In this document: in pieces, positions 41,260 to 57,700 of the stretch | Layout: each line of letters starts with the position of its first letter | Position numbering within the stretch: the first letter of the stretch is position 1 | Assembly: GCF_009914755.1 (NCBI RefSeq) | Contig: NC_060928.1 | Strand: one strand, 5' to 3' | Length of the DNA stretch: 64,000 nt | Source: the human T2T-CHM13v2.0 reference genome, Homo sapiens | Translations under genes and position numbers: made by a program | Notes under the pieces: generated by a model | Seen by the model: the letters and a program-made list of their open reading frames with translations, nothing else | The model's database searches: none | Told to the model about the DNA's origin: nothing

Positions 41260-41665
41260 CGTAGGGACAGGGGGCAGGGAAATTCTGGGCAGACGAGGGC
41301 AGGTCCCTGGCGAGGGCCCTACCCTCAAGCCTGGAACCACACCCTAAAGTGAGAACATAACATTCCTGTTTCCCCGCCGAATGTTGCCTTTTCCAAAACT
41401 ATCCATGGCCTGCCCCACCCCATCCTGTGCCCATAAAAACCCCAGGCTCTGCCAGCAGAGAGAAGAGAGGAGAAGAGGAGAGGCAGTAGGACATGGGAGA
41501 CTGTGGTTGGACTTCAGAGAGAAGCAGCTTGACTTCAGAGGGATGGCTTGACAGCATAACTTCAGTGAGGAGTCCAGCTGGAGATGGCCAGACTCTGGGG
41601 AAGGTTATCTTTCTACTCCATCCCCTTTTCAGCTCCCCTTCCTGCTGAGAGCCACTTTCATCAAC
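41260..41665 (+). mobile_element. Truncated ERV1 LTR related to LTR1/LTR28 group
   Basis: gggacagggggcagggaaattctgggcaga...ccctaccctcaagcctggaaccac resembles the 5' end of the adjacent LTR. Confidence 0.7.
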
Positions 41666-41821
41666 AACTCCCTCTGCTTCTCCACACCTTCATTTTATTG
41701 GCTTTCTCCCTTAAGTGGGGAGGCAGGTGGTGGTCCCAGGACATCTAGGGCTGAGGAGGTGTATGTAATTCTGTGGTTCAGAATTAGGAAATCCACCTAC
41801 CTGCAGACATGTTGCAAGTCA

Positions 41822-42483
<662 letters not shown>

Positions 42484-43447
42484 CTTTTGTCTCATTTCTC
42501 AATTAGTTCAGAACTTCAGGACCCTGACACAGGACAGGAGCTGATCAAATCCACTGGAATCTGAAACAGCTAAAATTTCCATCCCTGACTCCTGAAATTA
42601 TCTGAGCTGCCCATTTTTCAAACACATCCAGTTTCCCAGCAAAAGGACATGCTTTGTATGGAAAACAGCGTGAGAGAAACCACTCAGTAGGTTCCAGTCA
42701 CCATTCAGACTTGGCTTGGGATTTTTGTTGTGTTAACTGCATATGCCAAGGTTTGGCTTAGCATATTAGGACCATCCGTTTCACTGTCCTCACGTATGCA
42801 GACTTGACAGGGCTTCCTGGTTATGTCAGGGCAAAGTATTATCCAAACAATGACAAGGAAGACAATTGCCTGCTGCAAGCTGGGTATATTTTCTTTGTTT
42901 TATTTCAGAATGATCAGTCTACCCAGGGTACTTTATATTCAGAAAGGATCTTCCCAGAAAGCCGTAGGCAACATTTACATTTTGGTTATGTTTATACAGG
43001 ACTGGATTTGGGAGTGGCTGAAAGGAAGTAAAATCTAAATCTCACTTTTGTTCCTGGCTCTTAGTTTACCTTAAATAAGCGATATGCTGCCTACACAGTA
43101 AAAGCATCCAACACAGAACATGAAAGGGAAAGACTGGGCTAGATTTCTAGCAAATTCATCCTCTTGTTCAAGCTACTCTTTAAAGTCATTTGTTAATTGC
43201 AAACATAAATTTAAAACTGTTACTTTATTTATTCATTTGCAGTTTGGAAACAGGTAGAACATCTCTGTTCTAGAATAGAAATGAAGGCAGACCTTTCTCG
43301 CGGAACGTTTTAAACTGTCTGTGCATGGTGCTATGCCAGGTGCTTTCGTAAGTAATGTTCCATTGAACTCCCACAATAACTCTATGAATTGCATAGTCTT
43401 ACTTCATTTTACTGATAAAGAAACTGAGGCTCAAACTTGTTATGTAA

Positions 43448-44189
<742 letters not shown>

Positions 44190-46026
44190 TGACATATTGG
44201 ACTACATTTTTTAAAAATACAAAAAAACTTTGCAAAACACCTTAAGTAAAGCAACGTGTCCAGAATCTCCACATTTCAACATGAGGTGCTGGACCATCTA
44301 TGCAAGACTTACAAAAGATACTTCAAAAAACTTGTTATGTGACATCACAGTGAATGATTTGCAGAGTCGAGGTTGAAGATCTTTAGAGAGAATCACATAT
44401 GCTTTGCATCTGTCTTCCTTCCATGATGATGGGGAGGAGAGGGCTGCCTTCCCACCTCAAGCCAAATGTGAGAGCTTGGCATGTACCCTATGGAGTAAAA
44501 GAAACACAGGGATTTAATACTTGTTCCACTTCTGAAAAATTCTGCAGGCAGGTGGTTGGATGAAGTAGCCAGATGTGGTTCAAGTAGAAAGGCCCATACT
44601 GGCAGCAAGCTGTACCTCACTGATGGGAGCAGGGATGCCTCCTGGGAGATAAATTAGGAGAATTCAGCTTGGGGTCAGCCTGAACTCCACTCAACTCTCT
44701 GGAAGCGTAATGTGACCCCAACAGAAGGAGTGGATGGTCAGATGCCTACAGGCTTTGGAGGAATTATAAGTAGCCAGCCAGAGTGGGGAATTCTCCACAT
44801 TAAGGAAGCTGCAATCACAGGGGACATATTTGGGGAATTCCTGACAGCACCCTAACAAGAGAAAGAATCAGCTTTGGGAATCTCCATACAGTGGAGACAA
44901 CGCTATGCATTCCAACTCCCAGGCACAAAGACCACATTTCCCAGCTGCCCTTGCAGTTCGGTGGGCCTATGTAACTGAGTTACAGCCAATGGGGGATGGG
45001 CAGAAGTAAGATGAGAGACACCTTCCCACCTGGCCTGGCCTTAAAGTAGATCATCCTACAGGATCCTCCATGCCTTTTCTCTTTCCCCACCAACAGTAGA
45101 GCAGGAAGAGGTCCTAGAAAATGAAGACACCACAGGCTGGGGTTTTGAATGAGTGTAGCCGAGTCCTGTGTCCTCTTTCCCACTCAAAGGCTGATGCATG
45201 TTGCCTGTGACAAGGATGAGAATAAACTTTCACTGCGAAGTCACTCTAATTTGGGGTTATTGTTATTACATTAGTGTGGATCTGATTAATACACTCTGAC
45301 ACCTACCATTGTCAGATTCCATCTGTGACAAACAGCTAAAGCCTTTGTTGCTCCTTAGATCTCCCCACCACACCCACCCTAGCCCGCCAATCGTGGAGAA
45401 GTCAGAGGTAGACTCTGTGTGGAGCCTGGAGGAGAGGAACTAGCAGAGACAAGAAGCAGCAGCTAGTCATGCCCCCTCCCACAAGGCAGATTTCCAGTGA
45501 GGTTGTGAGGAGGAGAGAGCTTAATTACAATAAGAATATGACAATTTTAATATTACTCTGGGCTAGATATTTGGGCTAGTACAATAAGATCAATCTTGTA
45601 ATTAAAATTACCAAAGGCCTTTTTATTACTGTAAACATCTGGAGAAAAAATTATGAGAGTAGCTTACAGTTTTATCCAGGACAGAAAAGAGCTGCTCCAC
45701 AATGAGAGGAAAAATAGCGTTGTTTTTATGGCACCCTATAGAATCAAGCTCATTTAACATAAAGGTTAGCATGTTTAGATTGTTTCCAGTTTTTTGTTAT
45801 AAACAATGCTTCAGTGAATAATCTTGCACATACATATTTTTATTTTTACAGGCATGTTGAGTAGAACTGCATAAATTCCTGAAATCGGAACTGCTGGTTC
45901 AAATGATGTATCGTGTGAAATTTTGATTATTATTGCCACATTGCCCTCTATGAGGTTGCCCTCCAATTTAGCACCCTGTGGTTGTGTGTGAGAGAATTGG
46001 TTTCCCTACACCCTCATCATAGAATT

Positions 46027-46615
46027 GTATATTAGTTTGCTATAACTGCTGTAACAAGTTACCACAAATTGGTGGCCTAAAACAATAGAAAGTGATTCTT
46101 TCACAGTTCTGGAGGCCAGAAATCCAAAACTAAGGTGTGAGCAGGGCTGCACTCACACTGGATATTCTAGGGGGAATCTTTCTTTGCCTCTTCCAGCTCC
46201 TGGCAGCCGTCATCATTCCTGGGCTTCCTGGGCTTGCGGCCGTGTCACTCCGATCTCTGTCTCTGTCTTCACATGGCTGTACCCTCTCCTGTGTAATCTC
46301 CCTCTGCACAATCTAACAAGGACACTGGTCATTGGACTGAGGGCCCACTGCAGCCTCAGACTCTGCGGCTCAAGGGATCCTTCCACCTCAGCCAACAGGC
46401 TTGGCTAATTTTTGAAGTTTTCATAAAGACAGGATCTCGCTATGCTGCCTAGGCTGGTCTTAAACCCCTAGTTTCAAGTGATCCTTGTGCCTCAGCCTCC
46501 CAAAGTGCTGAGATTACACGCCTGGCCTCAAGATTCTTATAAGGTAACATTCACATATTCTGGGGATTAGGACGTGGACATGTCTCTGTGGGAGCCCACC
46601 ATTCAACACACTGCA
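46027..46615 (-). mobile_element. MLT1-type LTR with an internal Alu fragment
   Basis: tgtatattagtttgctataactgctgtaacaag...cacagttctggaggccagaa; Alu piece at ~46345-46530. Confidence 0.7.
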
Positions 46616-46679
46616 AGCTTATTAAAACTTTTAAAGATCTTTACCAATCTTAAAGATCAAAAGATAGTATCTCTGTATA

Positions 46680-47112
46680 CAGTTGACCCTTGAACAATGG
46701 GTTTGAACTGCATGAGTCCACTTATACTCAAATTCTCTTCTGCCTCTGCCACCCCTGAGACAGCAGGACCAAGCTGTACTCTTCCTCCTCCTCCCCAGCC
46801 TTCTTAACATGAAGAGTATGAGGATGAAGACCTTCAAGTGATCTACTCCCACTTAATAGAGTAAATATATTTTCTCTTCCTTATGATTTTCTTCATAACA
46901 TTTTCTTTCCTCTAGCTTACTTTATTGTAACAATGCAGTATATAATACATATACAAAATATGAGTTAATTACTGTTTATGTTATCAGTAAGACTTCCGAT
47001 CTACAGTAGGCTATTAGTAATTAATTTTGGGGGGAGTCGAAGGTTATATGAGGATTTTCTACTGTGCAGGGTGGTGGCGTCCCTCATGCCCATGTGGTTC
47101 AAAGGTCAACTC
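46680..47112 (+). mobile_element. Tigger2a-like MITE
   Basis: TIRs cagttgacccttgaac / gttcaaaggtcaact; flanking TA; 433 bp. Confidence 0.88.
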
Positions 47113-47417
47113 TAGTTTTATACTCCTTTCTTAAAATGCTCTTGTCTCTTGAGTTCTGTGACATCACTCTCTCGGGTTTTCTCTCCTGGCTGCTCCTTCA
47201 TCATATCTGCTGGTTTCTCCTTAGTCTTCATGTTCCTCCCCAGGGTTTTCTTTTCAGACCTCTTATCTCCTCTATCCTCATGCGTTGCCTCCATCTGATC
47301 TCAACCAGGTCTTAAATACCACATTTATGTGCCCACAGTCCTGCCTTCTCTCTCCTATTCCAACTTTTCTCCTGCACTCCACACTCGATATCCAAATTCA
47401 ACAATCCTGCTTGGATG

Positions 47418-47895
47418 CAGTGCCCTTCTGAGCCACATTGGAGCCTGAGACAAAAGAAGGCATGTGAGCTGCTATATTCCCTTATCCAAATTTCCTCAAG
47501 TATTTGAAACAAAGTGGAAAAAGGAAATAAAGCTCTACATTAGAAAAATAAAATAAAGGCTATATGTAAAGCCTTGTATTGCCTAGCCAATAGGCATTCC
47601 ACTGTCAATTCTCACAAAAGAGTGAGATCTCATGGCCTCATGGCCCAGGAAGCTCAGGGTGATAGAAATGACTGTTCCTGTTGTGCGATAATAGACGGTC
47701 ATAAAACAAACCAACCAGTCTTTCTTTATTTTAAATTTTCATAGTTTGTGCAACATCAATTTTTTTACATTAACTTTGATTTTTAAAAATATTACATTCA
47801 AATATTACTTATATCAGTTACTGAGTTTTCGGTGGCCTCTTGTATTTTGTGTCTAAAGCGAGTACCTCACTGGCTTTACCCCGATCCTGGCCCTG
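47418..47895 (-). mobile_element. MER96B-like hAT element inside L2 (L2 ~47120-48730)
   Basis: Minus strand begins cagggccaggatcggggtaaagccagtgaggtactcg...aaaactcagtaa. Confidence 0.6.
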
Positions 47896-48789
47896 CCTGA
47901 TATGTTGAAACCAAACTCTTGATTCTTCACCCTACCCTAACCCCAACCTCGAACTTGTTCCTCTTTGTCTCCATAACTGTTAACTCATTTTTTTAGTTGC
48001 TCAGGCCAAAACGATTTGAATCATTCTTGACCCTTTGCTTTCTCCATACTCCATATCTAATCTATCAGTAGATTTTGTCAGCTCTTCCTTCAAAATTACC
48101 CACAGTCTGATCATTCCCTCCACCTCTGCCACCTTCCACATCATCTAAGCCTCCATTGCCTCTCAACAGTATCATTGCAAAAGCCTCCTAAATGGTCTTT
48201 CTGCCATTACTCTCTAGTGGCTTCTCATCTCGCTCGAAACAGGATCCAAAGCCATTCCATGTCCTACCAGGCCCTAGGCACCCAGCTACCCCGCCATCTC
48301 TCTTTGTCTCCTAATCCTTCTACCCCCGACCCCCATGATGTAGCCACGCTGGCTCCCTTACAATTTTGCAAATATGTCAAGCCTCTCCTGCCTCAGGAGT
48401 TTGCCCTTGCTGCTCCTTGTTCCTAAGAAGTGTTCTTACAGATATCTTGCATGGCCAGATATCTCACTCCATTCAGATCTCTGCTCAAATATTACTTCAT
48501 GAAAAGGTCTTCTCAACTATTAGTTTCAAAATAATATAATCCCCCCATTCCCATGCTTATTCTATCACCTGGCTTTATTTTCTTCGTAATGATCAATGAC
48601 CACCTCATGTAATATATGCATTCATAGGGTTATTATATTTTTCTCTGTGTTTGGCTCTATGAAGGCAGGGAATTTCTGTTTTCAGTCTTATATCCCCTGT
48701 GTTTAAGATAAGATCTGGCTTAAAGTAGTATCTTGGAGATAATATACTCAAACTTGGCTCCCACCCTAAAAGGTGATTAAATATATTAT

Positions 48790-49079
48790 CTTTTTGTTAT
48801 TGTTGAGACAGGATCTCACTCTGTTGCCCAGGCTAGGGTGCAGTGGTGCCATTTAGAGCTCACTACAACCTCAAACTCCTGGGCTTAAGGGTAGCTAGGA
48901 CTACAGATAGATGCCACCATGCCCAGCTAGTTTTAAAAATTATTATTATTATTATTATTTTGTAGAGATGGAGTCTCCTTATGTTGCCCTGGCTGGTCTC
49001 AAACTCCTGGCCTCAAGCAATCCTTCTACCTTGACCTCCCAAAGTGCTAGGAGTACAGGCATGAGCCACTGTGCCCAGC
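48790..49079 (-). mobile_element. AluJ with internal deletion
   Basis: Antisense dimer with a (TTA)n linker. Confidence 0.88.
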
Positions 49080-50526
49080 TTACATTATCCTTGAATTCAG
49101 TTTCCTTGATTGAGCTCCTTTCCTGTTTTTGATGTAATACTTTATTGGCCAGGTACTCATTTGGGTGATTTTTTTTTTATTGCTATAAGACCTATTCAAG
49201 AGTATGTATTCCCAGTGTCTCTCTGTAAGCAAGATCAGGTCTTGCAGGATCTCTCTCGGTCTCTATCTCCATCTCTGTTTATCTCTGTTTCCATGTCTCT
49301 CTTCCTTAGCACTGCTTCAGGCAATTAATAAAAATCTGATAATGATTTTCCTCATTAAATCAGGAAGATGAGCTACAAGTAGACTGACAGGTGGTTGAAA
49401 GTCACCCTGGAAAATCATGCTGATTGGTGCCCTGTGATATAGAGGTCAAAATGATTTCATTCTTATTATGTGGATGAAAACATTTTCAAACTTGTTTATA
49501 TTGCTTGTTGATTACTCCACCGAGCCTTGTTGTTAACACATTGGGGAAAGTAAATGTAATTCAAAGTCACCTTTACCAAAGAGAAAATGAACCATCAAAA
49601 GTAAAAACAAACTTCAAAAGGAAAAAATGAGATAATTTGGTGGGAGGATATAAATGGCCATGTCACGGGCTGTGACAGACTTCCCTGTGCCCAGTACAGA
49701 TGGAGGCATGACATGCATGCTAGTGTGCAACCCATGCTGGACCCAGTACCATAGGAAGAGGGAAGCTGGCAATCACTGGCCACTTACTCAACAGGCACTA
49801 TGGAATCCTGTGAGAAGGTAATATTATCATCCCCATTTAACTGATAAGCAAATTGAGAGTCACAGACACTGGTTAATTGCCCCAGACCACACAGGCTACA
49901 AGAGGCTGAGTGCACTTCTCAGTAACCCCCTGGTCTGTCTCAGTGCCGTCTAGCACACCCAGCCCGGCACTGAACATATCCCTAGGGGAATCACAAGCAA
50001 AGGGAAGATGCTCATCTTGTCTTGAATTAGAGTTTGGGTCCTAGTTCATTCTGTTTTAGAGAGGATTTGATTCAACCCCTGAAGGAGCCAAGGAAAATGG
50101 TTGCAAGGGTTGAGAATGTGTGAAGAAAGCAGAAAAACTAATGTATTCATGGTAAAGGAGCGGAAGGGTTGAAACAATGTGTTTACTCAACTTCCTGCCC
50201 TAACCATGTTATCTTGGTCCATTCAAGCTGCTATAACAAAAACACCACAAACTGGGCAGCTTATGAACAATAGAAATTTGTTTCTCACAGTCCTGAAGGC
50301 TCAGAAGTCCAAGATCAAGTCTATTCCAAGGGGGAAGGATGGGTCCCACCTTCTAATACCATCACATTGGGAATTAGGTCTCAACTTATGAATATTTTGG
50401 GGTGGCAGAAAAATTCAGTCTGTGCCAAATATGTTTCCTGAACCTTCCTGTTCTAAAATAATTTCTTACTCTATAACAAAGAAAAAGGTATGGTGATTGG
50501 CTGCTTGATTCGAAATTGTAAATTGT

Positions 50527-51509
<983 letters not shown>

Positions 51510-51917
51510 ATGGGCATACAGTTGAACAAAAAACGTCAATTGTCAGTTTTATTTTTTTTAAGCTTCATTGCATTTTAAAATATATCTTCCACTTGCACAC
51601 TTACAATAGTGAGAGGACAAACATGATTTAAATACTAGTTCTCCATAACATATAAATGACAAGATGAAATTGGAATTATAATGGCATAGTAGATTACTGT
51701 ATCCTGTATGTAATTTTGTCATTGTCGTTGTCATACTGTTTTGTAACTACTGCTCGGGTGTTCCCCCTATTGATTGTGTCATAACAACAGTACCCACTTC
51801 TTTTTCATCTCTATAGCTCCAATGCCATATCCTTTGTTAATTTTGCTTATAATAAATCACAGACCTTCATTTCGTTATTAATTAAAGACAAATTAGACCA
51901 CTCACAAACTTGTTTGT

Positions 51918-52380
51918 GACTTGGAACCTACCCAAATGGCCATCAATGATAGACTGGATAAAGAAAATGTGGCACATATACACCATGGAATACTATGCAA
52001 CCATAAAAAGAATGAGTTCATATCCTTTGCAGTGACATGGATGAAGCTGGAAACCATCACCCTCAGCAAACTAACACAGGAACAGAAAACCAAACATCAC
52101 ATGTTCTCTCTCATAAGTGGGAGTTGAACAATGAGAACACATGGACACAGGGAGGGGAATATCACACACCAGGGCCTGTCGGGGTGGGGGACAAGGGGAG
52201 AAAGAGCATTAGGACAAATACCTAATGCATGCAGGGCTGAAAACCTAGATGATGTGTTGATAGGTGCAGCAAATCACCATGGCACATGTATACCTATCTA
52301 ACAAACCTGCACATTCTGCACATGTATCCCAGAACTTAAAGTAAAATAAAATCAAATTTTAAAAAAGTAAGAAAAAAAAT
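51918..52380 (+). mobile_element. L1PA 3' end (5'-truncated)
   Basis: Sense ORF2 C-terminus (...HMFSLISGS), 3' UTR and A-rich tail. Confidence 0.92.
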
Positions 52381-52656
52381 CTGTTTATGAATAGTTGAGC
52401 CAAGTTAATCAGGATTCTGTCAGTTGTAAAAGGTAGAATCTCAACTCACCTCAAATTGCCTGAAATTAAGAGAACTATGAATCCTACAACTGGGGTAGCT
52501 CTCAACATTAAAGCAAGTCTTGTAGGAATCATGGAAGCTCCAGGGGCACCTGGAATTGGAACTGGGCCCCAATGTTTCAGAACCCTACTTCATCTTTATG
52601 ACATATTTTCTAATCTCTCTTTGTTATTCTCACTTGTTAAAGATGAGAGTTCTCTA

Positions 52657-53001
<345 letters not shown>

Positions 53002-54744
53002 TCAGTTTCATATATTTTATCTCCTTGTCCCTTCAACTCCAAGTGGAGAAATCCAGAGAAAAGCTGTGCTGGGCCCCGCCTGGTCACTTTCCTATTCTGG
53101 AACAATTCTCCGTAGCTCAGGGCATGGGAGACAATGCTCTTCCACAGGAAAATGGCTGAGGGATTGGGGTGAGGGGTATCTTTTGATTGGAGGGGAGGAT
53201 CTGTTCCTCTACCTAGAGGAGATGTGCTAGATGGGCAAGAACAACAGATAGTCACCTCAGAAATGTTTTGTTACTTGGAAAATCTTACATCAGTAGATAA
53301 TTGCTGAGCTTCTGAAGCTTGACGCTGAAGGTTGGGTACAACAAAAGTTCTGGACCCAATGCCTCTCTTCAAGGAGTTCACCAACCAACTGGGGAGGCCC
53401 AAAGCCATTCCACCTGCCAGTTTCACCTACTCATCCTCCAGATCCCAACTCAGAGCTTCCTTAATCTCCCCAAATAGACATGTCCCTTTGTTATATGTTC
53501 TGACAGAAATCTGTCCCCCACCCTCTTTTTTTAAGGCAATCTGTGTTTGTAACAGTTGCCTTTCATGAATACATTTGCCCCTCCCACTAGAGTGTAAGCC
53601 CTTTGAGGTCAAGGCCATGTTGATATAAACTCTCCATCATGTTCTCAGCACTGAGCATAATTTTTAGAATAAAGGGTCGATGAAATTGCTAAAGATCTCA
53701 CCATGAGTTTCCTATTTGAGGAAGTGTGGAGAGGAGGTAAAGCTGAGAGCCAATTGCTGAGCCTGGGGGAGGGCCCAAATGAAATTGGGCAAGAGAATAG
53801 AGATGAGGAGGGAGATTTGATTGATTGAGCATCGTTCTGGCCAAGTTAGGATAAAGTTTCAATGAAACGAAGAGATGGCAGTGTTTGCTGCAGTGAATCA
53901 GGAAAGAATAAAAATTTGAAAAATCATCTCTCCCCAGGTTTGTTCTAGGAAAGAGAGTTGAGATTCAACCCACTACCATGATCTCAGACCCATATAGGGA
54001 CTGGTCTCTCTATGGGTTAGGAAAAATTCCCCACATAGAACAAACTTAAGCACTTGGCCTTGAGCCCAGCCTACAGATTTAATCTGTAGGGTCTTTGCAG
54101 CCTTTAAGGAAAATGAATAGTGTTGAAGCTTCTACTTGTTATTTGTTTTGTTAAAGGTCATAAATTGTGATTCTCTTTTGGTGGGTGACAGGAATGATTA
54201 TGTCTTTAGCTATGTAAAAGAATACAGTCTTATGCTAGAGCAGAAAACATAAAACAATGAGCAAGGAAACTGGGACTGCTTTACTACACTGCACATTAAA
54301 CCACGTGGACAGCTTTTCAAATATAAGCCATAAGCTGGCCCCAATTCAGAACATGCGAATCAGGCTCTCAATCAGTGCGAATCAGTGATTGCAGCTCAAT
54401 CACTGGAATTTTGTAAAAGCTCCCCAGGTGACTCTAATGTGTAGTCAGGATTGAGAGCTATTGAACTAAACTGTTTTATATGAAGTAAAAGCATGGTCTT
54501 CTTTGTGGGGGGCAGAGATTGTCTGAGACTTTTGGAAGTTGAGGTTCCTTTGCATGGGGCTAAAGATGAGGCACTGGAACTTGGGAGAATATTAGAAAGG
54601 AGTCTTTAACCTGATGGAGGAGTGGGCTGTCTGCAACATGATGGCTAGCCTAGGGCTCAGGTGGTAGACAGCCAATATAGAATTCCCCCTCTTGTCCCAC
54701 TTCTATGCTTGCCCACCATGAAAGGACACAGCCAGTGAACTTTA

Positions 54745-57700
54745 GGGTTGTACAGGTTTGTTATATAGGTAAATTGCATGTCATGGGGGTTTGGTGTACA
54801 GATTATTTCACCACCCAGGTAATAAGCACGGCACCCATTACGTAGTGTTTTTTTGTTTTGTTTTGTTTTTAAAATTTCATTTAACTTTAAGTTCCAGGAT
54901 ACATGTGCAGAATGTGCAGATTTGTTACATGGGTAAATGTGTGCCCCAGTGGTTTGCTGCACCTATCAACCCATCATGCAGTTATTAAGCCCCACATGCA
55001 TTAGCTATTTATCCTGATGCTGTCCCTCCCTCCACCACCCTGACAGGCCCCAGTGTATGTTGTTCCCCTCCCTGTGTCCATGTGTTCTCATTGTTCAGCT
55101 CCCACTTATAAGTGAGAATATGTGGTGTTTGGTTTTCTGTTCCTGCATTAGTTTGCTGAGGATAATGGCTTCCGGTTCCATCAACGTCCCTGCAAAGGAC
55201 ATGATTTCATTCCTTTTTATGATTGCATAGTATTCCATGGTGTGTATGTACCACGTTTTCTTTATCCAGTCTATCATTGATGGGCATTTGGGTTGATTTC
55301 ATGTCTTTGCTATTGTGAGCAGTGCTGCAATGAACATACATGTATATGTACCTTTATACTAGAATGATTTATATTCTTTTGGATATATACCTAGTAATGG
55401 GATTGCTGGGTCAAATGCTATTTCTGCTTCTAGATCTTTGAGGAATCACCACACTGTCTTCCATAATGGCTGAACTAATTTACATTCCAACCAACAGTAT
55501 AAAAGCATTTCTCTTCCTCTACAGCTGCACCAGCATCTGTTTCTTCTTGACTTTTTAATAATTGCCATTCTGACTGGCATGAGATAGTATATCATTGCAT
55601 TTTTAATTTGCATTTCTCTAATGATCAGTGATGTTGAGCTTTTTTCCACATGTTTTTTGGCCACATAAATGTCTTCTTTTGAGAAGTGTCTGTTCATGGT
55701 TTTTGCCCACTTTTTAATGAGGTAGTTTTTTTTTTTTTTTCAAATTTGTTTAATCTACAATCCTTGTAGATTCTGGATATTAGACCTTTGTCGAACGGAT
55801 AGATTGCAAAAATTTTCTCCCATTCTGTAGGATGTCTGTTCACTCTGAGGATAGTTTCTTTTGCTGAGCAGAAAACTCTTTAGTTTAATTAGATCCCATT
55901 TGTCAATTTTTGCTTTTGTTGAATTGCTTTTGATATTTTTGTCATAAATTTTTTGCCTGTGCCTGTGTCCTCAATGGTATTGCCCAAATTTTCTTCTAGG
56001 GTTTTTATAGTTTTGGGATTTACATTTAAGTCTTTAATCCATCTTGAGTTAATTTTTGTATAAGGTGTGAGGAAGGGGTCCAGTTTCGATTTTCTGCATA
56101 TGTATATCCCAGCACTATTTATTAAATAAGGAATCCTTTCCCCATTACTTGTTTTTGTCAGGTTTGTAGAAGATCAGATGGCTGTAGATGTGCTACCTTA
56201 TTTCTGCAATCTCTATTCTGTTCCATGTTGGTCTATGTGTCTGTTTTTGTACTGGTACCATACTGTTTTGGTTACTGTAGCCTTGGAGTATAGTTTGAAA
56301 TCTGGTGGTGTGATGCCTCCCGTTTTGTTCTTTTTGCTTAGGATTGTCTTGGATATATGGGCTCTTTATTTGTTCCATATGAATTTTAAAGTAGTTTTTT
56401 ATCTAATTCTGTGAAGAATGCTAATGGCAGTTTAATGGGAATAGCATTGAATCTATAAATTACTTTGGGCAGTATGGCCGTTTTCACAATATTGATTCTT
56501 CCTATCCATGAGCATGGAATGTTTTTCCATTTGTTTGTGTCCTCTCTAATTTCCTTGAGTAGTGTTTTGTAGTTCTCCTTGAAGAGGTCCTTCACTTCCC
56601 TTGTTAGCTGTATTCCTAGGTATTGTATTCTCTTTGTAGCAATTCTGAATGGGAGTTAATTCATGATTTGGCTTTCTGATTGTCTATTATTGTATAGGAA
56701 TGCTTGTGATTTTTGCACATTGGTTTTATGTCCTGAGACTGCTGAAGTTGCTTATCATCTTATGATGCTTTGGGGCTGAGATGATGGGGTTTTCTAGATA
56801 TAGGATCACGTTGTCTGCAAACAGAGACAGTTTGACTTCCTCTCTTCCTATTTGAATATGCTTTATTTCTTTTTCTTGCCTGACTGCCCTGGCCAGAATT
56901 TCCAATACTATGTTGAATAGAAGTGGTGAGACAGGGCATCCTTGACTTGTGCCAGTTTTCCAGGGGAATGCTTCTAGATTTTGCCTATTGAGTATGTTAT
57001 TGTCTGTGGGTTTGTCATAAATGACTCTTATTATTTTGAGGTACGTTCCATCAATATCGAGTTTATTGAGACTTTTTAACATGAAGGGGTATTGAATTTT
57101 ATCAAAGGCCTTTTCTGTGTCTATTGAGATAATAATGTGGTTTTTGTCTTTAGTTCTGTTTAGGTAATTAATTTGCATATGTTGAACCAGCCTTGCATCC
57201 CAGGGATGAAGCCAACTTGATCGTGGTGGATAAACTTTCTGATGTGCTGCTGGATTTGGATTGCCAGTGTTTTATCGAGGATTTTTGCATTGATGTTCAT
57301 CAGGGACATTGACCTGAAGTTTTCTTTTTTTGCTGTTTCTCTGCCAGGTTTTGGTATCAGGATGATGCTGACCTCATAAAATGAGTTAGGGAGAAGTCCC
57401 ACCTTTTCAATTGTTTGGAACAGTTTTAAAATAAATGATACCAGCTCCTTTTTGTACCTCTGGTAGAATTCAGCTGCAAATCCATCTGGTCTTGTGCTTT
57501 TTTTGGTTGGTAGGCTATTTATTACTGCATCAATTTTGGAACTTGTTATTGGTTTATTCAGTGATTCAATATCTTGCTCAGTCAGTCTTGGGAGAGTGTG
57601 TGTGTCCAAGAATTTATCCATTTCTTCTAGATTTTCTAGTTTTTGTGCATAGAGGTGTTAATAGAATTCTCTGATGGTTGTTAGTATTTCTGTGGGGACA

